Of a stretch of 64,000 nucleotides of DNA, positions 48,536-58,305 are shown one piece after another. A program made the translations under genes and the position numbers. The notes beneath the pieces are model-generated. The model had not been told where the DNA came from. It made no database searches and saw nothing but the letters and a program-made list of their open reading frames with translations. The DNA is from Candidatus Hermodarchaeota archaeon (GTDB taxonomy: Archaea > Asgardarchaeota > Thorarchaeia > Thorarchaeales > Thorarchaeaceae): positions 1-64,000 of the forward strand of contig JBHLLF010000005.1 in assembly GCA_048885865.1 (NCBI GenBank), given 5' to 3'. Numbering within the stretch: position 1 is the first letter of the stretch; every line of letters starts with the position of its first letter.

Positions 48536-48638
48536 AAGTTCCGTGGTCTGATACTTTGGGTTTTAAACATTGTCCTCTGGCAGGGTTTCTTCTAGAGGCC
48601 CACAAGCTGGCACATTCTCTCTTCCATACTTCTCACTG

Positions 48639-49526
48639 CTATACGAATCCAATATGGCTGGCAAGGCTCTGTTTCAGAATTCTCTCAGCCTCTTCATGTT
48701 TGGTCAGGTCTGTAGCCGCCAGTGGATGAACTTCCATGTTGAAGACCTTCTCAACCACTGATGGTGCTAGGGCATTAGGCAGGTCCTGTTTATTGGCTAT
48801 CACTGTCAGAGAAGCTGTTTCTGCACAGCTCATGACTTCAGACGCCAGCTTTTGAGACTCCAAGACGTTCTTCAGAGTTGAGTCTGTCACCAACAGTATG
48901 ACATCAACATTGACTAAGCATGATTCCCAGACCTTGTTGACTTCGTCATCTCCTCCGAGATCCCATAGATCAACAGTGCAGTTTGAAATGTCCATTCCAT
49001 CAAGGCTCTCAGTGTTCATACCCATTGTGGGAATATAGACCTCGGGAGGTCTTTGTCCAAGCAGCAAGTGCATGGTGGTGGTCTTTCCTACGCCCCTAGT
49101 CCCTACTAGAGCGACCACGAGCTTAGACTCTAAGAATGGTGTCACAATCTCGGTGTATTTCTTGAACACCTTTGTGACTGACTGGTTTTCCAGTTCGCTC
49201 CTTACTGCACGACCTGCCCGGCGTATTCTATCTGTGATTATCTTGTCTGACTCTTTGCCGTCTGTGATGAGGATGACAAATAGGTCATCAGTGCACTCGT
49301 ATGCATACCATCTGCTACTATTGAAATTCCGCCGTAGCACAGATCCCTTTCTGAGTTTGGACTTTCGCTCAATGATCCACGGAGTCAGCTTTGATAGTAT
49401 CTCCTTCTCGCCATCGATTGGCCAAATTCTAGCCCACGCCTTCTTGATTTTCGGGGCAACCTTTAGCAAGATACTACCCAGGATCAATAGAATACCTTCT
49501 GTGCCATCAGATTTTTCATTCAACAT
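48639..49526 (-). CDS. Arf-like small GTPase with N-terminal extension domain
   Basis: GTRGVGKT, YIPTMG, WDLGG, ANKQD. Confidence 0.85.
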   Translation of the reverse strand: MLNEKSDGTEGILLILGSILLKVAPKIKKAWARIWPIDGEKEILSKLTPWIIERKSKLRKGSVLRRNFNSSRWYAYECTDDLFVILITDGKESDKIITDRIRRAGRAVRSELENQSVTKVFKKYTEIVTPFLESKLVVALVGTRGVGKTTTMHLLLGQRPPEVYIPTMGMNTESLDGMDISNCTVDLWDLGGDDEVNKVWESCLVNVDVILLVTDSTLKNVLESQKLASEVMSCAETASLTVIANKQDLPNALAPSVVEKVFNMEVHPLAATDLTKHEEAERILKQSLASHIGFV

Positions 49527-49604
49527 CAGGCAGTTACAGAGAATGTATTTCTAACATTGTGTGACACATGGCATGGAACTTCGAATCTGTCATTCACAAG
49601 ACAC

Positions 49605-51641
49605 CTACTCCCCCTCCCCTGACAAGGCCTTCTTCATTGATCTCACCTGTGACAGAAAACCAGTGACATCATCGTTCCAAGTCCCATCGTCAGACAGTAG
49701 ACGTTGATACAGAGTTCTGGTGTAGTTCCATAATGCCCTTGGCTGGAGGCACCGAATTGTAAGCCCCTCTTCCTGCCCCCTTGCAGGCAACTCGGCCATT
49801 AAACTATAAACGTCTTCATTTGGCATTCTGGAGAAGACAATCAGCATCTTCCCTTCATCATCAATCATTACCAGTGAAATGGGAGTGTACTCAAGGAACG
49901 CATTTGCAAGAGCATATACACTTCCAGGTGATCCCTGAACAACGGTGAACAGAGAAATAAGACTAGGCTCATCTGGTTGATACGCAATATTCACTATCTC
50001 CTTCTCCGAGAACCGCGTCAGGACTGATTTTACCTTAGCCCTAGTCAGACCCAAATAATCCATGAGCTTCTTGTCCTCAAAATCGGCTAAGTAGAAAGTG
50101 CTAGCAGCAGTATCAAGTACCTTGGCCTCATCATGATTGATTTGATGAATCTGTGTACCCTTCCATTTTCCGTGGCGTGATTTGAGCTTCCGAATTGTAC
50201 TTTTCCTTGCAACAGACTCCACAATCTTGGTTGTGGAGGTCTTCCATCCCTCATTGCTATCGAAAAGTTGGTGATTCACAACTCTTGCAGACCACGCAAC
50301 GTCCGTCACACTGGGTAGCGCTCTTCGAACACGCTCTGCAGAGTGTGGCGGCATATGCATGATCTGTAGATAAGGAGGACTCTCTCCCAATTCTCCCAGT
50401 CTGGTAATCCATGCCATATGTTTGTGGGGCCACCTATGGGCCGAACCGAAATATGCCAGAGTATGAAGGCCAATTGCACGCGTCTTGATATGTGCTCGTA
50501 GTTGTACGCCAGAACTTAGCAGAGCAAAACGGTTTATCCATGCTTTTGTGCTGCGTTTTGCAGCTGATCTACTCACAGGCAACGAATTGGCGACACTGTC
50601 AGCCTGATTGAGGTCAATAATGAATTTCCTAACACGACCATACCAACTAGGAAACATTGCGTATACTTTCTCCCAGAATATCAACCAAGGTGTTCTCTCA
50701 GCTAGTGTCGGTGAGGGGCGATCTGGGAGTTCCAGCTGTCTTCTCTCAGCCATGTTCATTAGTCGAACATACTGCGGAGGGTCCACGCCATCGATAATGC
50801 ACTGAATATGTCCCATGACGAGTGCTCGTAGAGTTGGAGTGGCATTTAGTCCTCCAAAGAAATCAACCGGATCAGATTTGGGAATCTCTCTCTTTGTAAT
50901 CCATGCAAGAAATGCCATTAGTTCTTCTCGAACATCTGATGGGAAAGATAGAGGCACCAAGGGCTCTAACGACTCCTGCATATCTCTTCCAATTTTCAGG
51001 TCTGGTATAACAACGCCCTTTATCAGCTCCGCAATCTTCTCTAGGGGAGGCGATGGTGCTTTGAGCATCCGTAGCGCATTCTCTCTAGCTCTTTCGGGAT
51101 CCTCTTGACCAAAGTATCTATTCACAGACTCGATTAGTTCCCAATCCTCCTGCAGTTCCAGGATCCCACCCTCATATTTCTGAATCATGTGACTCTCGTA
51201 TATCGTTTCTGAGCTGCTATCAGAAATCGTAAGCCAATAATTCTGGCTATCCTTTACAGGCTGCACTATGAAGATTGCCTCCTCCTTGCCGCCCAAAACC
51301 CTGCCATACCATCCCACTGTGGCTGGAGGCCAAAATGGGTCTGGCATCTGTCCCATCCCTCGTGAGTATGGTTTCTTTGTCACAAGTATCGGCTTGAGGA
51401 ATACCTCGAGCTTCTGGTCGAGCGGTTCAGCCTGACTCCTTCCATCCTTTCCGACAACGATTGTAGTCAATGGGGTGAAGTATTCGTCACCAGAACCGGC
51501 ATGGAGTACTTCTCCGGTGATGGATCTTATCATCACGCCGTCTTTTGATACTACTAGGTCTCCCTTATCTCCTGAACTACAGTAGACGGGCAAGCTTGTG
51601 AACCTAGTCCACTCTCTCAACCAGCTGCACACTCTTCCCAA
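49605..51641 (-). CDS. Large hypothetical protein, possible C-terminal winged-helix/Lrp-like module
   Basis: 678-aa ORF; LMDYLGLTRAKVKSVLTRF HTH-like segment; start uncertain. Confidence 0.7.
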   Translation of the reverse strand: MGRVCSWLREWTRFTSLPVYCSSGDKGDLVVSKDGVMIRSITGEVLHAGSGDEYFTPLTTIVVGKDGRSQAEPLDQKLEVFLKPILVTKKPYSRGMGQMPDPFWPPATVGWYGRVLGGKEEAIFIVQPVKDSQNYWLTISDSSSETIYESHMIQKYEGGILELQEDWELIESVNRYFGQEDPERARENALRMLKAPSPPLEKIAELIKGVVIPDLKIGRDMQESLEPLVPLSFPSDVREELMAFLAWITKREIPKSDPVDFFGGLNATPTLRALVMGHIQCIIDGVDPPQYVRLMNMAERRQLELPDRPSPTLAERTPWLIFWEKVYAMFPSWYGRVRKFIIDLNQADSVANSLPVSRSAAKRSTKAWINRFALLSSGVQLRAHIKTRAIGLHTLAYFGSAHRWPHKHMAWITRLGELGESPPYLQIMHMPPHSAERVRRALPSVTDVAWSARVVNHQLFDSNEGWKTSTTKIVESVARKSTIRKLKSRHGKWKGTQIHQINHDEAKVLDTAASTFYLADFEDKKLMDYLGLTRAKVKSVLTRFSEKEIVNIAYQPDEPSLISLFTVVQGSPGSVYALANAFLEYTPISLVMIDDEGKMLIVFSRMPNEDVYSLMAELPARGQEEGLTIRCLQPRALWNYTRTLYQRLLSDDGTWNDDVTGFLSQVRSMKKALSGEGE

Positions 51642-51968
51642 TCAGACTTTGGGTCGAATATTAGATTATCCATGCATGTATAGGAGTGAGTAGCGGGCAG
51701 TGAGTTCTTGGCTTGATAGCTAGATCAAAAAGCCTGATTGCTACCAAGGTTCAGGGTAAAATGGTCTACCTGGATGCTTTGATTTCATTGACTTGCTCAC
51801 CTACTCAGCCGTCGTGTTCCTTGAACGTTAACTTCCAATAGGCGAGTTTTACATTCGGGCCCTCATGATCTGTCGAAAACTGGCATCTAGAAGCTTCATC
51901 ATAGCATCTTCATGAGTGGTCTTTATTACACTCATAATGAAAATGACTTGTTTGCCACACAGAATACT

Positions 51969-52835
51969 CTAAGAACTGGCATCCTTGCTTACGAGAAGGC
52001 CTCTCAATTTATGCAATGGTAGCCTGATTTTCCCCTTGATATGTAAAATTGTCAATATAATTGACAGGAAAAATGATCCCCAAAGAAGAATCGCCACAGC
52101 TGCATCAAAGGCCACAAACCATGGTGCTATGCCATCCAAGGTTGCTGTGAGATAATTCGAATCAAATGTATATGTCGTACTACCTGCATTCTGAAGAACA
52201 GATGCACTCGGATCGATCTCATTATTGTATTTCTCTATCCTTATCTGGATATCCTCTTCCGAGAGGAGGAATTCAGAACCATCATCCATGACAAATGTGA
52301 GTCCTGAGAAAACGAATGTGCCTCCGTACTCAGCGATATGAGACGTCACTGCGTCGTCATCTAAGATGGATGTTGTGACTACCAATTGACCGTCCTTAAT
52401 TGTATCATTGAGCATGAACATCGAATGAATCGAAAGCAGGTCATGTGGAAATCCTGCACTATCATGCCACTTGGGGTAGAATGCAATATAGTCAGCCAAT
52501 ACGTTTCTAACCACTGGTCTTCCCAACATAGTCCTCCCATAATAGAACCCTACAAGGAGGTTCAAGGAGTGCTTACTGTAGTATAGACTACCTCCTATGT
52601 TTTCCAGCGAATATGTGTATGTGACTTTGAATGTAGCACGAATTAAGAATAGCTCCACGCCGTCCTCGAGTTGGAATGACAGTCTGTAACCAAACTTGTC
52701 TATGGTCCTCATCCTTAGGGCTGGAACAAAATCACGACCTTGAATATCAGCAGCATGAGCAGAAGGCAGCATGACTCCAGGAATCACCATTAGAAGGATA
52801 AGGGCCCATGTCAAGGGACGTCCAGCCCGAGTCAT
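51969..52835 (-). CDS. Secreted/membrane-anchored hypothetical protein
   Basis: Signal peptide ending in AHA; C-terminal TM with basic tail. Confidence 0.7.
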   Translation of the reverse strand: MTRAGRPLTWALILLMVIPGVMLPSAHAADIQGRDFVPALRMRTIDKFGYRLSFQLEDGVELFLIRATFKVTYTYSLENIGGSLYYSKHSLNLLVGFYYGRTMLGRPVVRNVLADYIAFYPKWHDSAGFPHDLLSIHSMFMLNDTIKDGQLVVTTSILDDDAVTSHIAEYGGTFVFSGLTFVMDDGSEFLLSEEDIQIRIEKYNNEIDPSASVLQNAGSTTYTFDSNYLTATLDGIAPWFVAFDAAVAILLWGSFFLSIILTILHIKGKIRLPLHKLRGLLVSKDASS

Positions 52836-52985
52836 GATGATGCTACAACTCCGAATTGTGTGAAAACAGACTACCTGTAGCTAAAAAGTGGTTGCTATAT
52901 CAGCAATTGCGGCAAATTAGAGAACCTTATGGAACCTGATTGACGAAAGGTTCTTAACTCGTTCCAGCATCCTGCCCCTCGATTC

Positions 52986-53123
52986 GGGGCGGTGGCCTAG
53001 TCCGGTATGGCGACGGGCTCCAGATCTAGATGCATTTCGCGTCTGAATAGCGGGGTCAAAACGCTGACCGTCGTCGTAGAAGACACTCGTCGATCGTGGG
53101 TTCGAATCCCATCCGCCCCACCA
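52986..53123 (+). tRNA. tRNA-Trp (CCA) with 61-nt intron at 37/38 (53024-53084), CCA encoded
   Basis: GGGGCGG/CCGCCCC acceptor; ACGGG-CTCCAG|A-CTCGT anticodon arm; GGTTCGAATCC T arm; upstream GAAAGGTTCTTAA promoter. Confidence 0.93.
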
Positions 53124-53182
53124 CTTTCAATTCTACGCGAGCTGTCGAGTATACAATAAGCAAGATGGAACGGTCCCAGAAC

Positions 53183-53872
53183 ATGAGCAATAAGGGGGAA
53201 GTCTTGAGAGGAGTGGCAGGGATTGACGAGGCAGGCCGAGGGCCAATGATAGGGCCCCTGGTTGTCGCTGGAGTCTTGGTTCGCGAAGATAAGCTACCAG
53301 GGCTTGAAGCCAGTGGAGTGAGAGATTCAAAGACACTCTCTCCAAAACGGAGGGGCATCTTGGCAGAAGTGATTACTGGGCTTGTTGATAGGACTGAGAT
53401 AAGTGTCATAACGGCAGCTGAGATAGATGGTCTTAGAGGCAGAGGAGTTTCTCTCAATGAGATTGAGGTTCAGCAGTTCGTTTCAGTCCTCTCAAAGCTG
53501 CGTCCAAAGACTGCTTATCTTGATGCAGCAGATGTCAAAGCAGATAGATTCGGGGACATCATTGGAAACCGGAGTGGGCTAACAGCCCTTGGCTGCAAGA
53601 TCATATCAGAACATAAGGCTGACTCGAAGTTTCCAATCGTGTCTGCTGCATCGATTATTGCGAAAGAAGAACGAGAACGCATAATTGCTAGTCTACATCA
53701 AGAATATGGCAACTTTGGTTCTGGCTATCCCTCAGATCCAACTTCTATAGATTTCATCCGCAGGCTCATTGAAGATGGAGAAAAACTCCCCCCGATTGTG
53801 AGAAAGAGTTGGGAGTCCGTTAGAAGACTTCAGGATGATGCAGAAACAACACAAAAGAAACTAGGTGTCTAG
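53183..53872 (+). CDS. rnhB: Ribonuclease HII
   Basis: GIDEAGRGPMIGP, VRDSK, EHKAD, VSAASIIAK, GSGYPSD; start moved downstream of the tRNA. Confidence 0.96.
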   Translation: MSNKGEVLRGVAGIDEAGRGPMIGPLVVAGVLVREDKLPGLEASGVRDSKTLSPKRRGILAEVITGLVDRTEISVITAAEIDGLRGRGVSLNEIEVQQFVSVLSKLRPKTAYLDAADVKADRFGDIIGNRSGLTALGCKIISEHKADSKFPIVSAASIIAKEERERIIASLHQEYGNFGSGYPSDPTSIDFIRRLIEDGEKLPPIVRKSWESVRRLQDDAETTQKKLGV

Positions 53873-53875
53873 GCT

Positions 53876-54835
53876 TCATTCAGACCTCTCGCTGATTATC
53901 TTCTTCAGCTCATGAGGTTCGTCAATATCTTCGAGTTCTATCTGTCTAATAACAGGCAAATCTGAAACAGCCTGTTCGGTTTGCCCCTCCTCCACAATGA
54001 GCACAGCATCTGACTCTGTGACCTCGGACACACTCTTGAGAATCTCCACTCGCCTTTTCAGAGCCTTGCTCTTGATTGAACCCACACCTGTCATCAGAGG
54101 CGGGCCTTCTTCTTTTGCGATTACATGGAATGGAGCTCTATCGGTCCATAACACACTCATCTCCAGCTTCTCAAAGAAGTCTTTCACTCGTTTGGCTAGG
54201 TCAAGGTTTTCTATCGATGCTGCTGTCTGAGGCTGTTCATCAGGAATTACTACGGAACTTAGCAGGTCCACAGGAATAACCAGGTCGGTCTTCAATTCTC
54301 TCTCAAGTTTGCCTGCTGCGTCAACACTGACCGCCATCTCATTCTTCTCATAGGCCAAGACAGCCCTTGCAGAGACCTGAATGCAATCGGCCAGTTCCTC
54401 CTGAGTCATGTTGAGGGAGAGCCTGACCTCCTTCAGTTTCTCGCCATCTATGGACACGAATCGCCCTCCACGCTGGATAAACTGTCGAGGCTGCTGCTCT
54501 TCGACGATCATCCTCTCAAAACTGTGAGGTGCAATGGTTGGGACACCATACCTCTTGTACACAACGCCATCGTCAAGAGCTCCTCTTCGAGTAGTCTTGC
54601 CCACAATCAATGGAATGGCATCGAAGAACTGAGCTACGAGCTGCAATATAATGGCATCGTCCTTCTTGAATGCATCAATATTAGCGAGGGTCTTAATCAA
54701 AATGATCTTGTCGTCCCTGCGGGCAACCATGTCAAAACAGCTTGGTCTGACATCGCAATGCGATGATATATCGAACCCAGCCTCCACTAGATGTGATGTG
54801 ACTTCTTGCATCAGCTGAGTTCGGGCTTTTGTCAT
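53876..54835 (-). CDS. Archaeal HTH transcriptional regulator (COG1395-like)
   Basis: SCFDMVAR, GVVYKRYG, RGGRFVSIDG, central XRE HTH. Confidence 0.85.
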   Translation of the reverse strand: MTKARTQLMQEVTSHLVEAGFDISSHCDVRPSCFDMVARRDDKIILIKTLANIDAFKKDDAIILQLVAQFFDAIPLIVGKTTRRGALDDGVVYKRYGVPTIAPHSFERMIVEEQQPRQFIQRGGRFVSIDGEKLKEVRLSLNMTQEELADCIQVSARAVLAYEKNEMAVSVDAAGKLERELKTDLVIPVDLLSSVVIPDEQPQTAASIENLDLAKRVKDFFEKLEMSVLWTDRAPFHVIAKEEGPPLMTGVGSIKSKALKRRVEILKSVSEVTESDAVLIVEEGQTEQAVSDLPVIRQIELEDIDEPHELKKIISERSE

Positions 54836-54906
54836 TATTACTCGGACCTAAGGACTCATCTGCCTTTGAAGGTTTTTAGCCATTGCTGATTGTGAAAAAT
54901 GCTAGA

Positions 54907-55365
54907 CTACTGAAGCGCTTCATCATTATTCTGCGTAGAGGTAACAAAGCCAATGCATGATGTAGAGGGCAATTTCCGTCTTATTGCCTGCACTTGGGGG
55001 CGCATGAGCTTCTCAATGGGTTTCCATTTCTGAAAATCCTCCCATTCTAGGTCAACATATCCTAGCAGATGGTGAACCATAAAGAGTTCTGCTTTGCCTC
55101 CTGCTATAGTGTAGATTCCAGTGCCATAGTCCATTCTACGTAGAATCACTACAGGAAGTCTGATTTCATTATGGAATTTCGAGGGTACCAGCTTCAAGAG
55201 TGCAGCTATCTCCTCCTTCTTGAGGATAGACTTCTCCCCATTTCTTGTCATATAATGTGGGTCTTCTAATTCAGCCAATTCACTCAGAGTGAATCTATTG
55301 GTGGGCATGTGGTCATTTATGGAATCAATCTCATGCTGAACAATCTTGTCGATTGGCGGAGTCAC
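54907..55365 (-). CDS. DUF61 (UPF0216) family protein
   Basis: INDHMP...TL.EL, RLPVVI, RRKLPS. Confidence 0.75.
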   Translation of the reverse strand: MTPPIDKIVQHEIDSINDHMPTNRFTLSELAELEDPHYMTRNGEKSILKKEEIAALLKLVPSKFHNEIRLPVVILRRMDYGTGIYTIAGGKAELFMVHHLLGYVDLEWEDFQKWKPIEKLMRPQVQAIRRKLPSTSCIGFVTSTQNNDEALQ

Positions 55366-56063
55366 TTTTGCCCCTCCGTGACACGACAGACTAAGAATCG
55401 ATGGTCTTTCTCCAAGGGATCAAGGTTCACATTCTCAATCACCTCAAGACCTTGGGAGTCCAATATGGCTATCTCGTTGCTGTAGATCTCATCAATCGGT
55501 GCAGTCGAGTCTATGCTTCTTGCTTTAAGAGCAATCAATCCCCATGCACCGAATCCGCAAAAAATCCTGATGTTATCGCTGAGAATACGTGCCTGATTCG
55601 GCTGTGCAATGTCTTGATAGACTACATCAATAGGTCCAGCTATGAATGGAGCATACTTCGTCGGGTGTCTTGCGTCCTCAATGATTGGTATGATGTTATT
55701 CCGTGATTCAGCTAGTTGGAGGAGTCCTCGAGCCGTGCGTGCTGAGAACTCAACAGCATAAACGATTCCTTGGTCGCCCACAATATCTGAACAGTGACTA
55801 ACGGTGGTTCCTGATGCTGCACCAAGATACAGGACTCTGGACCCTGGCTGGATTGGCATCTCCATGACCCCCTTTTGGATTGCTGCAGCCAGCTTGGACC
55901 TTCGAGGATTCCATAGCCGAAATTCTCCTTTTCCCTCAATATTCAGGATCCTTTCCCCATAGACGCTCTGTCCGGAAACAATACTCCGCGTAGCAAGGGA
56001 TGATTTGGATTTGTCAACGACTTGGAAGACGCCTGGAAACTTGTGACTCTTTACTTCTGTCAT
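55362..56063 (-). CDS. flpA: Fibrillarin-like 2'-O-methyltransferase
   Basis: WNPRRSKLAA, VLYLGAASGTTVSH, YAVEFS, DIAQPNQ. Confidence 0.97.
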   Translation of the reverse strand: MTEVKSHKFPGVFQVVDKSKSSLATRSIVSGQSVYGERILNIEGKGEFRLWNPRRSKLAAAIQKGVMEMPIQPGSRVLYLGAASGTTVSHCSDIVGDQGIVYAVEFSARTARGLLQLAESRNNIIPIIEDARHPTKYAPFIAGPIDVVYQDIAQPNQARILSDNIRIFCGFGAWGLIALKARSIDSTAPIDEIYSNEIAILDSQGLEVIENVNLDPLEKDHRFLVCRVTEGQK

Positions 56064-57310
56064 TTCTTCTTCGCACCTCGTTTCCTATTCTGCCTAGTAC
56101 GGTCTCTCCCGCGCTTTGCTGGTTTCTTGGTGACTTTTTTCACAGGCTTTGGCGGTGGTTCCTCCGCATTCTGTCTCTGAATCTCATCAACTCTCTGAAG
56201 GAATTTCTTCTTGAGATCTGTTCCTATGTTTCTCTTGGAATACGCATCGATACGCGCAGCAATGGCTATTTTCCCTGCCAGCGCTCTTGCGATTTTTCCT
56301 CTTTGCCAATATGGGGCACTATGAACTTCAGGGACTTGATAGATGATTCCATGCTTCGGTGGATCTGTTCCAGTCTTCAGACTTCTAAACAGTGCCTTTT
56401 CCGCGCCATAGATTTGGACTGTGCTTGACGGCTTCTGAGCAAGACCCTTCAACGATCCAGCGAGGCTGATTAAGCGAGCCCCTACCATCGGACCAACGAG
56501 AGCGGTGATGTTAGGTGCAACAGATTCCATCATCTGACCAACATATTCCTCAATCTCGCGTCTCTTCGCATAGAGCGTCTGAACGGTATTTGCTAGACTT
56601 TGTGCGATAGACAGATCGTTTGCTTCGAAAGGTGCCCCTAGGTCTCTTGGCACTGCACTCATAATACTCTCAATCTGTTGTGCCGAGCATCCGGCTTCTG
56701 ATAGGCATTCAGAATCGATGCTTGAACGGCCTCCACATATGCTCACCACATTTGCAAACACTTCGTGGTCTTCTACTAGGTCGTTCAATGAAGGGTGATG
56801 AAGCGAATACCATTCTCTCAGCCTCATTGCTAGAATGTTGATGGACCTATCAACCTCACTGATTGCATCTATTGCATGTTTCACAAGAAGGTCCTTTTCT
56901 TCACTAGCGGCCGTGATTGTTGCTCGAGCGATACGGACAGCCACCTCCCGTCTAAATGATACAACATCTTCCTTCTCTTTCGCAAGGTCTGATTTCAATA
57001 AGTATGAGTCCTGAGCATCTCGGAAGGTCTTGAACATAGCTGATGTTTCCTTGACACTTACAGGGATTTGAGTTAGGCCAGACAATGCCCGACCCATCAT
57101 TCCATTCTCAACCACAACAGTATCGACGCCAAGCTTCGCAAATTCCTCTGCCATGTCCTCCAAGAGTTCTGTGGGCTGTCCTTCCCCAAGCACTGTGAAC
57201 TGGGAAGACATCTTTTCCACATCGGGGTACACGATCTGTTCTGAGATGACCTTCCCTCTCTCATTAAGCAAGAAGAGACCAAAGCTAGTGAGGACCAAAT
57301 GAGCTTCCAA
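56060..57310 (-). CDS. nop5: C/D box sRNP protein Nop5 (Nop56/58)
   Basis: RLREWY, APNITALVG..VGARLI, GAEKALFR, PPKHGII, RGKIAR. Confidence 0.96.
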   Translation of the reverse strand: MEAHLVLTSFGLFLLNERGKVISEQIVYPDVEKMSSQFTVLGEGQPTELLEDMAEEFAKLGVDTVVVENGMMGRALSGLTQIPVSVKETSAMFKTFRDAQDSYLLKSDLAKEKEDVVSFRREVAVRIARATITAASEEKDLLVKHAIDAISEVDRSINILAMRLREWYSLHHPSLNDLVEDHEVFANVVSICGGRSSIDSECLSEAGCSAQQIESIMSAVPRDLGAPFEANDLSIAQSLANTVQTLYAKRREIEEYVGQMMESVAPNITALVGPMVGARLISLAGSLKGLAQKPSSTVQIYGAEKALFRSLKTGTDPPKHGIIYQVPEVHSAPYWQRGKIARALAGKIAIAARIDAYSKRNIGTDLKKKFLQRVDEIQRQNAEEPPPKPVKKVTKKPAKRGRDRTRQNRKRGAKKK

Positions 57311-57433
57311 ACTATTCTACCCCGAGCTTGATTCACTGCTTGTGAGTCGGATAAGTTTAGTGCTAGACGACGTTTGTCAGCAGCCGTCTACCTTATTACG
57401 AGTTGGCTGCCAAATTGCCGCCTAGGTGCTCTC

Positions 57434-58300
57434 TTGAAGATACAAGGATATTGGCTTGCTTCAGGGATTCTGGGAGTCACCAGTTCTACTCTGCGCCGCG
57501 TTCATGAGTCGGGAGCAGATGCTGTTGTGACAAAATCCATTGGTTCTGTGCCAAGAAAGGGCCATCCAGGACCAATCCTTGCTACTTCTCATGGAGGATT
57601 GATCAATGCAGTGGGTCTTACGAATCCTGGCATTGAATCTTTTGTGGACGAGATGGCTGCACTAAAGGAGAGTGGTGTTCCAGTTGTCCTCAGCATCTTT
57701 GGGAACTCACCCAAGGAGTTAGCTGATGTAGCATCAAAAGGCATAGAGATGAAGCCGGAAGCCATTGAGCTGAATCTGTCCTGCCCTCATGCTGAAATTG
57801 CACAGATTGCTCATGACCCCGATCTCACATACCAATTTGTGAAAGCTGTGAAAGGAGTCGTAGATTGTCCGATATTCGCTAAGATTACTCCCAATGCTTC
57901 TGATATTGTCGCAGTAGGAATGGCAGCCGAGCGGGCCGAGGCTGATGCCGTCGTTGCAATCAACACTGTTCGAGCAATGAAGATCGACATTCATCAAAAG
58001 CGTCCTATTCTGGGTAACAGAGTCGGTGGTCTATCTGGCCCTCCCATATTTCCAATTGCTGTAAGGTGCATATACGACCTTCATAATGCACTCTCAATAC
58101 CCATCATAGGTGTGGGCGGAGTGACCACATGGCAGGATGCCGTAGAGATGCATCTTGCTGGTGCTAGGGCGATCCAAATTGGAACTGCAATGATGGATGG
58201 AATTGGTGTCTTTAGACATATCAAGGCGGGCATTCAGAATTATCTCCAAGATGAGGGATTCTCAGAGGTGTCGGAAATAGTGGGTTTAGCTGGGAGGTAG
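57434..58300 (+). CDS. pyrD: Dihydroorotate dehydrogenase, family 1B catalytic subunit
   Basis: NAVGLTNPG, ELNLSCPH, KITPN, INT, GGLSG, IGVGGV; TTG start after AGGTG. Confidence 0.93.
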   Translation: MKIQGYWLASGILGVTSSTLRRVHESGADAVVTKSIGSVPRKGHPGPILATSHGGLINAVGLTNPGIESFVDEMAALKESGVPVVLSIFGNSPKELADVASKGIEMKPEAIELNLSCPHAEIAQIAHDPDLTYQFVKAVKGVVDCPIFAKITPNASDIVAVGMAAERAEADAVVAINTVRAMKIDIHQKRPILGNRVGGLSGPPIFPIAVRCIYDLHNALSIPIIGVGGVTTWQDAVEMHLAGARAIQIGTAMMDGIGVFRHIKAGIQNYLQDEGFSEVSEIVGLAGR

Positions 58301-58305
58301 GCGTC

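Noticed and set aside
48245-48761. Short ORFs over the 5S rRNA, plus the ORF at 29388-29597 over tRNA-iMet
   Set aside because: Shadow ORFs of RNA genes
53056-53182. ORF-track N-terminal extension of rnhB and the antisense 133-aa ORF
   Set aside because: They overlap the tRNA-Trp gene
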